Part shown: positions 48,086 through 58,016 of the stretch, one piece after another
Layout: every line of letters starts with the position of its first letter
Position numbering within the stretch: the first letter of the stretch is position 1
Source of the DNA: Candidatus Woesearchaeota archaeon
GTDB taxonomy: Archaea; Nanobdellota; Nanobdellia; SCGC-AAA011-G17; JACPIM01
Assembly: GCA_964513145.1 (NCBI GenBank)
Contig: CAZELK010000005.1
Span: 1 to 64,000 of the forward strand
Length of the DNA stretch: 64,000 nucleotides
Direction of reading: 5' to 3'
Notes under the pieces: generated by a model
The model's database searches: none
The model's input: the letters and a program-made list of their open reading frames with translations, nothing else
What the model was told of the DNA's origin: nothing
Program-made: the position numbers and the translations under genes

Positions 48086-49151
48086 ATTTGTCTATAATCT
48101 TTTGCAGAAGAGAAATAAACTCCTTTGTATCAACAAAATAATTTGGGTAAGCTTTCTTTAAATCACTACTTGTGTCAGCTCCAACCAAAACAACATCATA
48201 TTCCCTTTTTCCCTGATTCCTCTTTTCTGCTTTTGCATAATCAGAGATTGCTAATTCTTCTTGACTTTTGGTATATCCGGTAATATTTAATTTTTCTTGC
48301 ACGATATCTAACTCTAATAGAAAGAACTCTAGTTTTGGTTTTTTCCTTACAGCTTGTTCAAAAACATTTATAGCTTGCGTCCACCCTTTCATAACTTTAA
48401 TTACCTGCAATTCTTTTTCTTTTTCTTTGATTTTATTATATAGCTCTTCTTTTTTGTCAGGAGTATTCGGTACTAATGGAGTATCTTCTATTAACGCAAG
48501 AGCAGAACTCACTAATCTAAAAAAATCCATCCATTCTTTTTGTCCTTCATTGGATTTAATTGCCTGTCTTGTAAAGAAATCAACAGTCTCAATTGCAGTA
48601 GCCCAAAGATGCTGGAGTTTTGATCTTATTTGAATCTCTATAAGTAACTTATTATAATCTTTTTTTCCTTCTTTATCACTATTATATCGATAAATAATGT
48701 GGATGCTTCTATAACCATCTTCTTTTGGATTTTTAATGTAGTCTTTTTCACCGACTTTTTTATGTTTTAAATCTCCTTTTACATAACTTTCTTTGTATAA
48801 TTTTCGCACCAACTCTACATTAGACAGGACAGTTCTACATCCCGCAATATCTTGCATTTGGGATAGTTTCATGGTGGGTTTATTTCCATAATACCCCCTT
48901 TGTAATTTTTTAACTATTGATGGAAGTCTTTTTAATCTCTGGACTGTAATTGATTCCACATCTATTTTTTCTGAGACTCTTTTTAGCCTTTTTTTAAAAA
49001 TATGCATTGGGTACCTATGTATTGCTCTCCAATTATCTAATATAGCCAAAGCTTCTTCTACTTCTTGTGGGGAACTTTTAGTATTAATAAAAACACTTCC
49101 AGCCCAATCAATTTTTGATTTACTAAATCCTTTTGGTTTTATCCAATTCAT
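48066..49151 (-). CDS. CapRel-like fused toxSAS toxin-antitoxin (RelA/SpoT synthetase domain)
   Basis: NWRAIHRYP, QRLKR..SI..KL, MQDIAGCR, GYRSIH, EIQIRSKLQH.WATA.E, C-terminal DVVLV...LKKAYPNYF. Confidence 0.85.
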   Translation of the reverse strand: MNWIKPKGFSKSKIDWAGSVFINTKSSPQEVEEALAILDNWRAIHRYPMHIFKKRLKRVSEKIDVESITVQRLKRLPSIVKKLQRGYYGNKPTMKLSQMQDIAGCRTVLSNVELVRKLYKESYVKGDLKHKKVGEKDYIKNPKEDGYRSIHIIYRYNSDKEGKKDYNKLLIEIQIRSKLQHLWATAIETVDFFTRQAIKSNEGQKEWMDFFRLVSSALALIEDTPLVPNTPDKKEELYNKIKEKEKELQVIKVMKGWTQAINVFEQAVRKKPKLEFFLLELDIVQEKLNITGYTKSQEELAISDYAKAEKRNQGKREYDVVLVGADTSSDLKKAYPNYFVDTKEFISLLQKIIDKSNTFSQ

Positions 49152-49519
49152 TCAGTTTAGGGTGAATTCTTTATTTAAAATAGTTCCTATTTTGCGCATT
49201 AGTTGATATTTCATTTATGCCATTTAAAGCTATTATAACATCATTTTAGAAAATTTTGAAGTATTTCTTATAATAGACCTCTTTTTGCGCGGTAAATTCT
49301 GGCACTGAAAAAATGTATAAACCTTAGGTAACTAATAACTAAGTTGTAAAATGCCAAAAAGGAATGAGAGAAGAATATTATAATATAAAATATTAATGTC
49401 TGTATTGGGAACTTGGAGACTGTAGAGGGTTTAAATACGAAATGCCCCCAAAAATATTTAGAGCCAAATATTAAAAAATGAAAAGGTTATTAAATCCAAA
49501 TTAATCAAAAAATAGATAA

Positions 49520-49831
49520 ATGAAAATCCCAAAAAAGATCAATAGGTATTGTAAAAAATGTAAAAAGCATACAGAGCACGCTGTTTCACAAGCAAAGAAA
49601 AAAGAAAGGGGCAGTTTAAAGAGAGGGTCAATTAATAGAGCAAGAAAACGAGGTTTAGGAAGGGGATTTGGTAATTTAGGAAGATATGGTTCGAGACCAG
49701 CTATTTCCAAATTTAAAATGAGTGGGGCTAAAACTTCCAAAAAAGTTGACTTAAGGTATAAATGTAAAATCTGCGGAAAGAGCAGTGTTCAAAAAAAAGG
49801 ATTTAGAGCCAAAAAAGTGGAGTTCAAATGA
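49520..49831 (+). CDS. rpl44e: 50S ribosomal protein L44e
   Basis: [30 protein letters not shown]. Confidence 0.97.
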   Translation: MKIPKKINRYCKKCKKHTEHAVSQAKKKERGSLKRGSINRARKRGLGRGFGNLGRYGSRPAISKFKMSGAKTSKKVDLRYKCKICGKSSVQKKGFRAKKVEFK

Positions 49832-50013
49832 GAAGATTAAATGAACCAAGTTCGCGATTTATAAAAGTAAGATGCTCCAAGTGTAAAAATGAACAAATTA
49901 TTTTTGGAAAACCCACTACCCAAATAACCTGCCTGGTGTGCTCTAGTATTTTATCTGAACCAAGCGGCGGAAAAGGAAAAATTAAGGCCAGGGTTTTAGA
50001 GGTATTGGAATAG
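49828..50013 (+). CDS. rps27e: 30S ribosomal protein S27e
   Basis: [27 protein letters not shown]. Confidence 0.97.
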   Translation: MRRLNEPSSRFIKVRCSKCKNEQIIFGKPTTQITCLVCSSILSEPSGGKGKIKARVLEVLE

Positions 50014-50808
50014 ATGCTTTTCAAGAAGAAAGACTTACCAAATACAAGTGATTTTGTTATTTGCACAGTCAAGAGCATACTGCATCATTCTGTTTTTGTT
50101 ACATTAGATGAATACGACAATTTGGAAGGTTTAATTCATATTTCTGAAATAGCGCCAGGCAGAATAAGAAACATAAGGGATTTTGTAAAACCAAATAAAA
50201 GAATTGTCTGCAAAGTGCTAAAAATAAATAAAGAAAATAAACAAGTAGACCTTTCCTTGAGAAGAGTTTCAATTAACTCCATGAAGATAAAAATTGACGA
50301 AGGCAGGCAAGAGGAAAAAGCTGAGAAACTTCTTGAACATGCTGGAAAACAATTAAAATATGATTTAGAAAGAATGTATAAAGAGGCTGGAATAAGAATT
50401 ATTGAGAACTTTGGTTCTTTAAGAGAGGGTTTTAACAGTGTTGCTCTAGAAAACAGCGAAGAAATAAAAAAACTTGGAATAAATGAGTCAATATTAAATG
50501 TTTTAATAAAAGTTATTAAGGATAAAATAAAACTACCAAAAATTAAAGTTAAATTAAGTTTAGACTTAAGAAATTATGATACAAATGGAATAGAACTTAT
50601 TAAGGCATTACTGGAAAAAATGTCAGATAATTATAAAAAAACCGGCTATGACTTAAAGATCACTTATATGAGTGCACCAAAATACCTGCTGGAGTTGATA
50701 ACTACTGATAAAAAAAATTCCGAACCTTTAATAGAAAAAATAGCAACTGAGATAATTAATGAAGGCAAGAAATCAAATATAACTGGAAAATGGCAAAAAG
50801 AATCTTAA
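50014..50808 (+). CDS. eif2a: Translation initiation factor aIF2 alpha
   Basis: S1 domain GLIHISEIAPGRIRNIRD, DLSLRRV, SAPKY. Confidence 0.95.
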   Translation: MLFKKKDLPNTSDFVICTVKSILHHSVFVTLDEYDNLEGLIHISEIAPGRIRNIRDFVKPNKRIVCKVLKINKENKQVDLSLRRVSINSMKIKIDEGRQEEKAEKLLEHAGKQLKYDLERMYKEAGIRIIENFGSLREGFNSVALENSEEIKKLGINESILNVLIKVIKDKIKLPKIKVKLSLDLRNYDTNGIELIKALLEKMSDNYKKTGYDLKITYMSAPKYLLELITTDKKNSEPLIEKIATEIINEGKKSNITGKWQKES

Positions 50809-50948
50809 AATGTGTTGTGTGCAATTCTTATACTTTGAAAGAAGAACATTGCGGAAAAACCACTATTAACCCTAAACCAGCAAAATACTCTCCAGAAGAT
50901 AAATACCAAAATTACAGGCTAAAATACAAAAAAATTCACAACCTTTAA
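50790..50948 (+). CDS. nop10: H/ACA RNP protein Nop10
   Basis: 52-aa ORF: ILKCVVCNSYTLKE..CG....PKPAKYSPEDKY..YR. Confidence 0.93.
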   Translation: MAKRILKCVVCNSYTLKEEHCGKTTINPKPAKYSPEDKYQNYRLKYKKIHNL

Positions 50949-50972
50949 ATATTAATTGGGCTTTTTAGTGCT

Positions 50973-51734
50973 ATGACATGGAATATAAATGAAATTGGCA
51001 AAATAAATTTGAAGAACCCCATATTAATTGAGGGCTTGCCAGGGGTAGGAAATGTTGGCAAAATTGCTGTTGATTTTATAATTGACAGCTTGAAAGCCAA
51101 AAAAATCTATGAAATAACTTCTTACAATTTTCCACACTGTGTTTTTGTAAATGAGGACAATTTAGTTGAATTACCAGCAATAGAAATATTTCATAAAAAA
51201 TTGAATAATAAAGACTTTCTTTTTTTAGCTGGGGATATACAACCTTTGGATGAGAAGTCCTGCTATGAATTTTGCGATAATATTCTTGATTTATTTCAAA
51301 AATATGATGGCAAAGAAATTATAACTTTGGGTGGGATTGCCCTGGATAAAGTCCCAAAGCAAGCCAGGATTTATTGTACAGGCACAAACTCCAAAGTGAT
51401 TAAAAGATATCAAAGCAATGTTGTAAAAAATATTTATGGGGTTATTGGACCTATAATCGGCGTTTCGGGGTTATTAACTGGTTTAGCCAGAAGAAGAAAT
51501 TTAGATGCAGTTTCCATATTAGCTGAAACTTTCGGACATCCAACTTATCTTGGGGTAAAAAGTGCCAAAGAAATTTTGAAATTACTAAATAGCAAATTGA
51601 ATTTTAAATTAGATTTGGATGTGCTAGACAGAGAGGTTGGAGAAATTGAGAAAGAAATTACTGAAAAAACAAATAGCCTAAAAAATGAAAGAGCACTAAT
51701 AAAACCAAAGAGAGATGTAAGTTATATTGGGTGA
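50973..51734 (+). CDS. PAC2-family proteasome assembly chaperone
   Basis: IEGLPGVGNVGKIA, GDIQP, ITLGG, ET.GHP; conserved position after nop10. Confidence 0.92.
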   Translation: MTWNINEIGKINLKNPILIEGLPGVGNVGKIAVDFIIDSLKAKKIYEITSYNFPHCVFVNEDNLVELPAIEIFHKKLNNKDFLFLAGDIQPLDEKSCYEFCDNILDLFQKYDGKEIITLGGIALDKVPKQARIYCTGTNSKVIKRYQSNVVKNIYGVIGPIIGVSGLLTGLARRRNLDAVSILAETFGHPTYLGVKSAKEILKLLNSKLNFKLDLDVLDREVGEIEKEITEKTNSLKNERALIKPKRDVSYIG

Positions 51735-51921
51735 AATAAATTTTATTTTCAAGACAAATAATTTATAACTGGTGTGAATCTTATTTAAATATAATAAATA
51801 ATATCAAAACAAAATTAGAAAAATGTGGTGAATACCCAATATATTATTCTGGTATTATTTCATATTTAAATTTATTTTCTGAAAACATTTTCATATTTGA
51901 TAAAAATATGCTGTTTTATCT

Positions 51922-52134
51922 ATGCTTGAGAATATTAACAATAATAATGATTTTACTATAGATGCGCTTAAAAAATTCTTTACTGAACGACAAACTTTCT
52001 TCAGAGTTAAGATTAATTTTGAGGAAGAAATTTTGAAGCTCCAAAAAAAACAAAAAGAAATTAAATTTTTAAGTGAAAAAATGAATGTGATAAATAAACT
52101 ATCTCTTGAAATTTATAAATTTTTGAGAATGTAA
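51922..52134 (+). CDS. Hypothetical protein
   Basis: 70-aa ORF only; no motif recognised. Confidence 0.3.
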   Translation: MLENINNNNDFTIDALKKFFTERQTFFRVKINFEEEILKLQKKQKEIKFLSEKMNVINKLSLEIYKFLRM

Positions 52135-52247
52135 CGAATTTTACTGATTCTCGTAATTGATATAAAAAAGATTAAATAAAATATCAATGAGAGGCGAAGT
52201 AAAGTTGGCAACTTATTTGAAATTATTGCATCTATTTTAATATATTA

Positions 52248-53510
52248 TTAACATAATAACCATCTCCAAACTGGGATAACTTTTATTAATTTATTTTTTA
52301 GTTTAATTTCTCTTTCGGCATCAGATGTTAAAATAACCCCCTCTTTTAGCTTGAATTTTTCCATTGCTTCCAATAAACCATTTATTTCTCTATCTTTATT
52401 TTCATCGTTTAATTCATAACAAACTTGAATTGCTTCTTTAATCTTGATGCCCTCCCTTATTAAGAAATCACATTCTCTCTTTTCTGAAAAATAATAAATC
52501 TCTTTTCCTTTTCTTTTTAACTCTATAAATACTATATTTTCTAAAAGTTTACCTTTATCTTCTGAGAATTTGAATCCCACTTCTTTCACGAACCCATTAT
52601 CAACACAATATAGCTTTCTAGGATTTTGAATTTGTTTTTTTAAAGAATAATCAAATTTATTAATAAAAAAGAAAATAAAAGCATTTTCGAAAGTTTCTAA
52701 AATTGATTTAACAGTTGATAAATTTTTTATCTCAATTATTTTTGACAAAGATCTTATACTTAATTCTTTGGAAATATTTGATAATAAGTAATTAGAAATT
52801 TCCTTAATTGGCTTTTCTAAATTCTTATTAAATCTCTTTATTATATCTCGATATAAAATACTCTCATATATCTCATGTAAAAGTCTTTTATCTTTATCTA
52901 TAATTACTTTTGGTATCCCCCCTAATGAAAAAAATTCTGAGAATTCTTTTCTTAATTGGGATTGGAGTTTTATATCGATTTTCCAATCATTTCTTTTTAA
53001 TTTTTTTGAATCTAAAAATTCTTTAAAACTGAATGGAAATAAATTATTACTTATCGACCTCCCAGTTAGGATTGTTGATATCTCTTTGCTTAATAGCTTA
53101 GAATTTGACCCGGTTATAAAGATTGTAAATTTTTCTTTTATTCTATCTACCCATTTCTCCCAATCTTTTGTTTCTTGTATCTCATCTATAAAAAAATAAC
53201 AATTTGTAAGATAATTTTGTTCATTTAAAAAATCTAATATTTTTTGAAAATCTTCGGCTGAAAAATCAATTAATCTTTCATCATTAAAATTTATATAAAA
53301 AAATTCTTTTTCTTTTAGTTTTAAATGATTTTTTAATATATATAACAAAGTTGATTTACCGCATCTCCGAACACCAGTTATAATAATTGGAAGTTTCAAA
53401 TGAATGAATGATAATATTTTTTTTGTTATCTCTCTTTCTACAAAATTAGACTGTATTTCAAATTCTTTTTGTTGTTCAAATAGAACATAATAAAGATCAT
53501 CCCTATTCAT
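52248..53510 (-). CDS. AAA+ ATPase with DUF4143-type C-terminal domain
   Basis: GVRRCGKST, FIDEIQ, TGSNS, KLYCVDNG, ENIVF.EL, ECDF. Confidence 0.9.
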   Translation of the reverse strand: MNRDDLYYVLFEQQKEFEIQSNFVEREITKKILSFIHLKLPIIITGVRRCGKSTLLYILKNHLKLKEKEFFYINFNDERLIDFSAEDFQKILDFLNEQNYLTNCYFFIDEIQETKDWEKWVDRIKEKFTIFITGSNSKLLSKEISTILTGRSISNNLFPFSFKEFLDSKKLKRNDWKIDIKLQSQLRKEFSEFFSLGGIPKVIIDKDKRLLHEIYESILYRDIIKRFNKNLEKPIKEISNYLLSNISKELSIRSLSKIIEIKNLSTVKSILETFENAFIFFFINKFDYSLKKQIQNPRKLYCVDNGFVKEVGFKFSEDKGKLLENIVFIELKRKGKEIYYFSEKRECDFLIREGIKIKEAIQVCYELNDENKDREINGLLEAMEKFKLKEGVILTSDAEREIKLKNKLIKVIPVWRWLLC

Positions 53511-53553
53511 TATTTTATGATATTTTATTGATTTATAAATCTTTTGATATGAT

Positions 53554-53603
53554 ACAATTTTTGTAACACTCTTTTTATAAAGTGTAACAATTTTTGTAAC
53601 ACT
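53554..53603. promoter_or_regulatory. 17-bp direct repeat upstream of AAA/DUF4143 gene
   Basis: ACAATTTTTGTAACACT at 53554-53570 and 53587-53603, with overlapping imperfect inverted symmetry. Confidence 0.55.
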
Positions 53604-53614
53604 TTAATTTAATA

Positions 53615-54889
53615 TTAATGACTAAATTCATTTAGATCTTTTTGTAGATTTTGTAAAGATTTTGGACTCTCTCTTAATTCGTCTTTTTGATCCCTTTCAT
53701 TAAAAATAGGTTGTCCATACACACCATCATATCCAGGTTTATAGTTTACTTTTCTTTCTCGTATTTTGACTATAGCATCAGCAATCTTTTCATTAGTAAC
53801 TGATTTTAATTCTTCAAATCCTACTTTCATTAATACATCAAACTCATTACCAAATTTAGATATTATAGAATTATATTCTTTTACTACTGTTTTTGTTGAT
53901 ACCCCTTTTTTCAAAATTAATGATATTACTTCTGATAATGGGATTACTTCAGTATAAAATGGAACTTTTTCTGGTTCTTTTCTATCTGCTAATTCTTCAA
54001 TTCTATAAGCTACCCCAATTGTTAATGGGGTTTTACATTTTGGACAGATACCATTTAATTTCTTAGATTCAGAAGGCTGTAAAACTACACCACAAGCTCT
54101 ATGACCATCAATATGATATTTACCATAAGCAGGGTTCACTTCTATAGTTCCTACAAGTCCGTCTCCAGTCCTAATTGTATTTATAATATTTTTATAGGTT
54201 AAAGTTTTTATATCAAGAATTGTTGCCTCTCTACCCAACCTATGTGGGTGATAAGAATGAGGATCTGAAAAAGAAACCAGATTATACTTATCTAGTGATG
54301 AGACTCTTCTATTCATGTCTGGGGAAGAAGATAATCCAGTTTCAAATGCATGAATATATTTTGATTTTTCCTTAAAACATTGTTCAACAGAATCAAAACC
54401 AGTTTTGCTTCCAAAAATTCCAAAATAACTTGTCCATGCGTGGGCTGGAATAATTTCTATTTGGTCTGAAATTGATCTCATCATATCGACTAACTCTATA
54501 CATGAAAATCCGAAAATTGGTCTTCCATCATAATCTATTCTTCCTTTTTTTAAAAAAGCATCTCTAACTTGTATTACAACTTCTTTGTTAGGCATTAATA
54601 ATAAATTATGAATTCTTCGACCTTTTCCATCTTGAGTATACATTAAAGAAACTTCGGTCTGCCAAATAAAAGGAAATGAATTAGTCTCCTTAGTCCATAA
54701 AACCCCATTTGAATCTTCTTCAAGCTGGGTATTAATTTGTTCAAACCATTTTGGGTGAAGGGCATCGCCAGTACCCAATACATTAAGACCTTTTAATCTT
54801 GAATTATCAGCTAACCTTTGTATAGTAGTTTGCTTACTGCAAGCCATAGCATAAGGTCCGTGTATATGAAAATCACCAATTATTTGCAT
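53615..54889 (-). CDS. Endonuclease Q-like PHP-domain protein
   Basis: DFHIH, GTGD, PAHAWT, ETGLSS, SDPHS, GKYH.DGHR.C, CPKC. Confidence 0.88.
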   Translation of the reverse strand: MQIIGDFHIHGPYAMACSKQTTIQRLADNSRLKGLNVLGTGDALHPKWFEQINTQLEEDSNGVLWTKETNSFPFIWQTEVSLMYTQDGKGRRIHNLLLMPNKEVVIQVRDAFLKKGRIDYDGRPIFGFSCIELVDMMRSISDQIEIIPAHAWTSYFGIFGSKTGFDSVEQCFKEKSKYIHAFETGLSSSPDMNRRVSSLDKYNLVSFSDPHSYHPHRLGREATILDIKTLTYKNIINTIRTGDGLVGTIEVNPAYGKYHIDGHRACGVVLQPSESKKLNGICPKCKTPLTIGVAYRIEELADRKEPEKVPFYTEVIPLSEVISLILKKGVSTKTVVKEYNSIISKFGNEFDVLMKVGFEELKSVTNEKIADAIVKIRERKVNYKPGYDGVYGQPIFNERDQKDELRESPKSLQNLQKDLNEFSH

Positions 54890-54931
54890 TTTTAATGGGA
54901 ATTAATTTTTATTTATAATAATTTGTATATT

Positions 54932-55258
54932 TTAGATTTTTCTTTCAATATTAACTAATCTATCTTTTATATTATTGAGTGTGTCTTCAACTTTTGAAAG
55001 CCTTGTTTCTATATTTAAAAATCGATTCTTAAAATTTTTTGTTCTTTCTTCTAATTTTCCTAAAGTTCTGGCTTGGCTAAATATAAAAGCAGCTATTGCA
55101 AAATTGCCAGTTATTATTAAACCAATCCCGCCAACTATTACATCTGCTTTTTCTCAAGAACCGCCAAAAATATATAATAAAATTTGATAAATTATAAAAA
55201 TTATAGATAATAAGAATATAATCCAAAGAATGTTTTTAATAAGATCCTTAAAACTCAT
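54932..55258 (-). pseudogene. Membrane/coiled-coil protein interrupted by one in-frame TGA
   Basis: MSFKDL...YIFGGS-TGA(55154-55156)-EKADVIV...IERKI*, 108 codons. Confidence 0.6.
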
Positions 55259-55492
55259 ATTCTTAACCAACCCAGATTTTTAGCTAACAGCAAAAAGAAT
55301 GATATGGCTAAAGCTAAAAATAGCCAACGCATAATATTCAAATAAATTAAATCCATATTTTCAAATTTAATCTTCATCTATTTAGAATAAATCTTAAAGT
55401 TTATTAAGCTTGCCACAAAAAAACCGAAAATATTTCGGAAAAAATTATTCTAATTTGAAAACTTTAAATAAATATGACTTGCTCTCTAAAAA

Positions 55493-56437
55493 TTATTGTT
55501 CTGAGTTTACAACAGTAATCTGTTTCTCAATAGAATCTTTGTAGAAATAATTTAAAACTATATTTACAGGTTCTTCAAAGGCTATATCCTGTATATTTGA
55601 TGTTGGAATATTACAGTTAATCACTTTCTCTTTTAATGCTAATTTTATAATTCCCTTGTTTGTATCTTTTAACTGGCTGCATTTAATTCCTGATTTTGCT
55701 GAGTTTGATGTTACTTCCAATAAAACTTCATCTTTTCCAGCAGATACGTCAACACACTTATCTGAAAATGTCGTTGGGGAGTAAACCTGACCTTTGCCCA
55801 CATTTGAAATTGTAAATGTTAATTTTATTTCATTTACTGCTGAACTTCTTTGTTTTACATCTTTTATTTTTACTGGGGCGCTAGAAGACTCTGCGATAAC
55901 CTTATCTGAATTAATTGTGCATTTATCTTCTGTATTTTTTTCAATTGGATTTTTCTTTAAACATACTTTTGCTACTGACCTAGTCTGATATAAATAACAG
56001 ATATCTGCTCTTAAAGAAGTTGGAAAATCTGCATTTAAATCATATTTATAAATTGCCTGATCAAACTGCAGCTCTTCTGGAGAACTTTGAACTATTTGAT
56101 CTCCTGATTTTGACTTACCTTCCAAAGCAATTGCTAATTTTGCATTTAATGAAGACAATGAAAATGCTTCCCCATTTACCCCACTTAAAGAAGATATTAT
56201 TTTATTTTCTGGTATTGTGAATTCTCCTTTATTTTGAAGATTTAAAGTTATAAAAAACGGCTCTTGATTATTGTCTATTACTTTTAATGGGGGCTGGTTT
56301 TCTTTAAATGAAAAATCTAATCCATCATTTCCACCTATAAAAATACCCAATGCCTGCTTTTCTTTTTGAGCATTCTGACAAGCAGATATTAAAACAACCA
56401 AAGACAAGACCAAAACAAAAAGACTCTTTTTTTTCAT
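55493..56437 (-). CDS. Lipoprotein-like exported protein
   Basis: LVVLISAC lipobox-like; paralog of 57080..57982. Confidence 0.7.
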   Translation of the reverse strand: MKKKSLFVLVLSLVVLISACQNAQKEKQALGIFIGGNDGLDFSFKENQPPLKVIDNNQEPFFITLNLQNKGEFTIPENKIISSLSGVNGEAFSLSSLNAKLAIALEGKSKSGDQIVQSSPEELQFDQAIYKYDLNADFPTSLRADICYLYQTRSVAKVCLKKNPIEKNTEDKCTINSDKVIAESSSAPVKIKDVKQRSSAVNEIKLTFTISNVGKGQVYSPTTFSDKCVDVSAGKDEVLLEVTSNSAKSGIKCSQLKDTNKGIIKLALKEKVINCNIPTSNIQDIAFEEPVNIVLNYFYKDSIEKQITVVNSEQ

Positions 56438-56496
56438 ATTAAATTTTAGTATAGATTAATTTATATAGTTTACGAGAATAATTTTAATTATAAGGG

Positions 56497-57078
56497 GTGT
56501 TAATTATGGGTTTTTTATCTAGGGCAAATCCAACTAAAAAAGGTTTTATTAAGGGGGCTGTGGCTGTTACAATTATTGCTTCTGCTTTTGGTTATTTAAT
56601 GAGGGACTTAATAAATTTTGGCAAATCTGAAGGTGATATGAGGCCAGCAAAAGTTGCTCAAGCTGAAAAAAGAATTTTCAAAGAAGCGTTAATAAAACTT
56701 GAGGATTTTGAAATATCTAGTGATAAAGTATCTTCTATTCAACAAGACTTTGAAAATCTTACATTTATTATTGGACATTGTGAGGATCTTAAAATTGCTG
56801 AAGAGGAATATAAGATTAAAGGTGATTTTTATAAGGCTAAAGATATATTAATTAAGATACAGAAATACATGAAAATAGTTGGCAATGAAAAAGACTTTAA
56901 AAATCTAGACCCAAAAATTTTTCCTAAAGAAGCAGCTGAATTAATTTTAAAAATTTTAGCAGAACTTAAGGAAGACATTGCAATTGAATTGGCATTTCTT
57001 GAACATGAGATAAAATCAAGTGAAAATAATGTTATAGAAGCTGCAAGAAAAGCTCATCAAAAAGTAGGAGGAAAATAA
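56497..57078 (+). CDS. Hypothetical protein, N-terminal TM plus helical body
   Basis: 193-aa ORF with hydrophobic N-terminal segment. Confidence 0.55.
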   Translation: MLIMGFLSRANPTKKGFIKGAVAVTIIASAFGYLMRDLINFGKSEGDMRPAKVAQAEKRIFKEALIKLEDFEISSDKVSSIQQDFENLTFIIGHCEDLKIAEEEYKIKGDFYKAKDILIKIQKYMKIVGNEKDFKNLDPKIFPKEAAELILKILAELKEDIAIELAFLEHEIKSSENNVIEAARKAHQKVGGK

Positions 57079-57079
57079 T

Positions 57080-57982
57080 TTAACTTTCTAATTTATTTAC
57101 TTTTATCGGACCCAAAGTTTCTATTAACTTGTAAGGATAATCAAATGATATTTCAATAACATCCTGCCTGAAAATTTCATCATAAAGGCTTAGATCTGCA
57201 TTACATATTATCACTTTTTCTCCATCTTTTAAAGATAATTTGCTTGGATTACTGCATTCAAGATTATTGGCGCCTTGGAGATTAACTTTGAATGAATTTA
57301 TTATTTCGCCTTCATTGTTTATTTTTCCTTTCCCAATATTTTTTATAAAAATTTTAAGATTTAAATTCAATAATCCTTCCTCTTGCGGAACTACTATCTT
57401 CTCTATTTTTGTTACGGTGACTGGAGAATATTTTGCCTGGCTACCCAAGCTTGTTATTGTTTCCTTATTTTGACATCTTGATTGCTGGGAAGATTCAGAC
57501 TTTATACAAATTTGAGATGTAACCAAAGTTTTATGGTTTGTTATTAACTCAATTATAAAACTAGTCATCATTCCTGGAAAGACTTTTGATTCTTCATATT
57601 GAAATGGGCCAAATACTACTGTTTCTTTTGATGGTATTACTTTATTTTCTATAAGCTCTGCAGGCTGTAATGCAAAGCTTTGCTGCTCTTTTCCTTCTAA
57701 AGAACTAAATTCATCTGAAGGAGTATCTGAAAGTGCTAAAGTGCCAGATATATCTTCTAAATCATTGTTTACTATATCTACAGCGACTTTAAAATTTTTA
57801 CCTGCAAAAATTTCATCTAATGGCGGCTGACCCTCCCTAAATTTAATTGACAAGCCTTTACTTTCCACTACTTGTTTTTCTTTTTGACCAAGATTTAAAT
57901 TAGGCAGAGTTGGTAATTGGGTACATCCAGAAATAACTAAAACAATTAAAATTATTGTAAATATAATCCCTATTTTTATCAT
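57080..57982 (-). CDS. Lipoprotein-like exported protein
   Basis: LVISGC lipobox-like; F.EGQPP, SPV.V, LKIFIKN.GKG shared with 55493..56437. Confidence 0.7.
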   Translation of the reverse strand: MIKIGIIFTIILIVLVISGCTQLPTLPNLNLGQKEKQVVESKGLSIKFREGQPPLDEIFAGKNFKVAVDIVNNDLEDISGTLALSDTPSDEFSSLEGKEQQSFALQPAELIENKVIPSKETVVFGPFQYEESKVFPGMMTSFIIELITNHKTLVTSQICIKSESSQQSRCQNKETITSLGSQAKYSPVTVTKIEKIVVPQEEGLLNLNLKIFIKNIGKGKINNEGEIINSFKVNLQGANNLECSNPSKLSLKDGEKVIICNADLSLYDEIFRQDVIEISFDYPYKLIETLGPIKVNKLES

Positions 57983-58016
57983 ATTATTTAAATTAAATAA
58001 AAGTATAAATACCTTT

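Noticed and set aside
49352-49383. MPKRNERRIL stub resembling a type IV antitoxin start
   Set aside because: Only 10 codons; cannot be distinguished from chance.
55154-55156. TGA reassigned to Trp genome-wide
   Set aside because: TGA terminates clear genes here (hicB, ThiF, rpl44e, PAC2), and Trp is encoded by TGG elsewhere.
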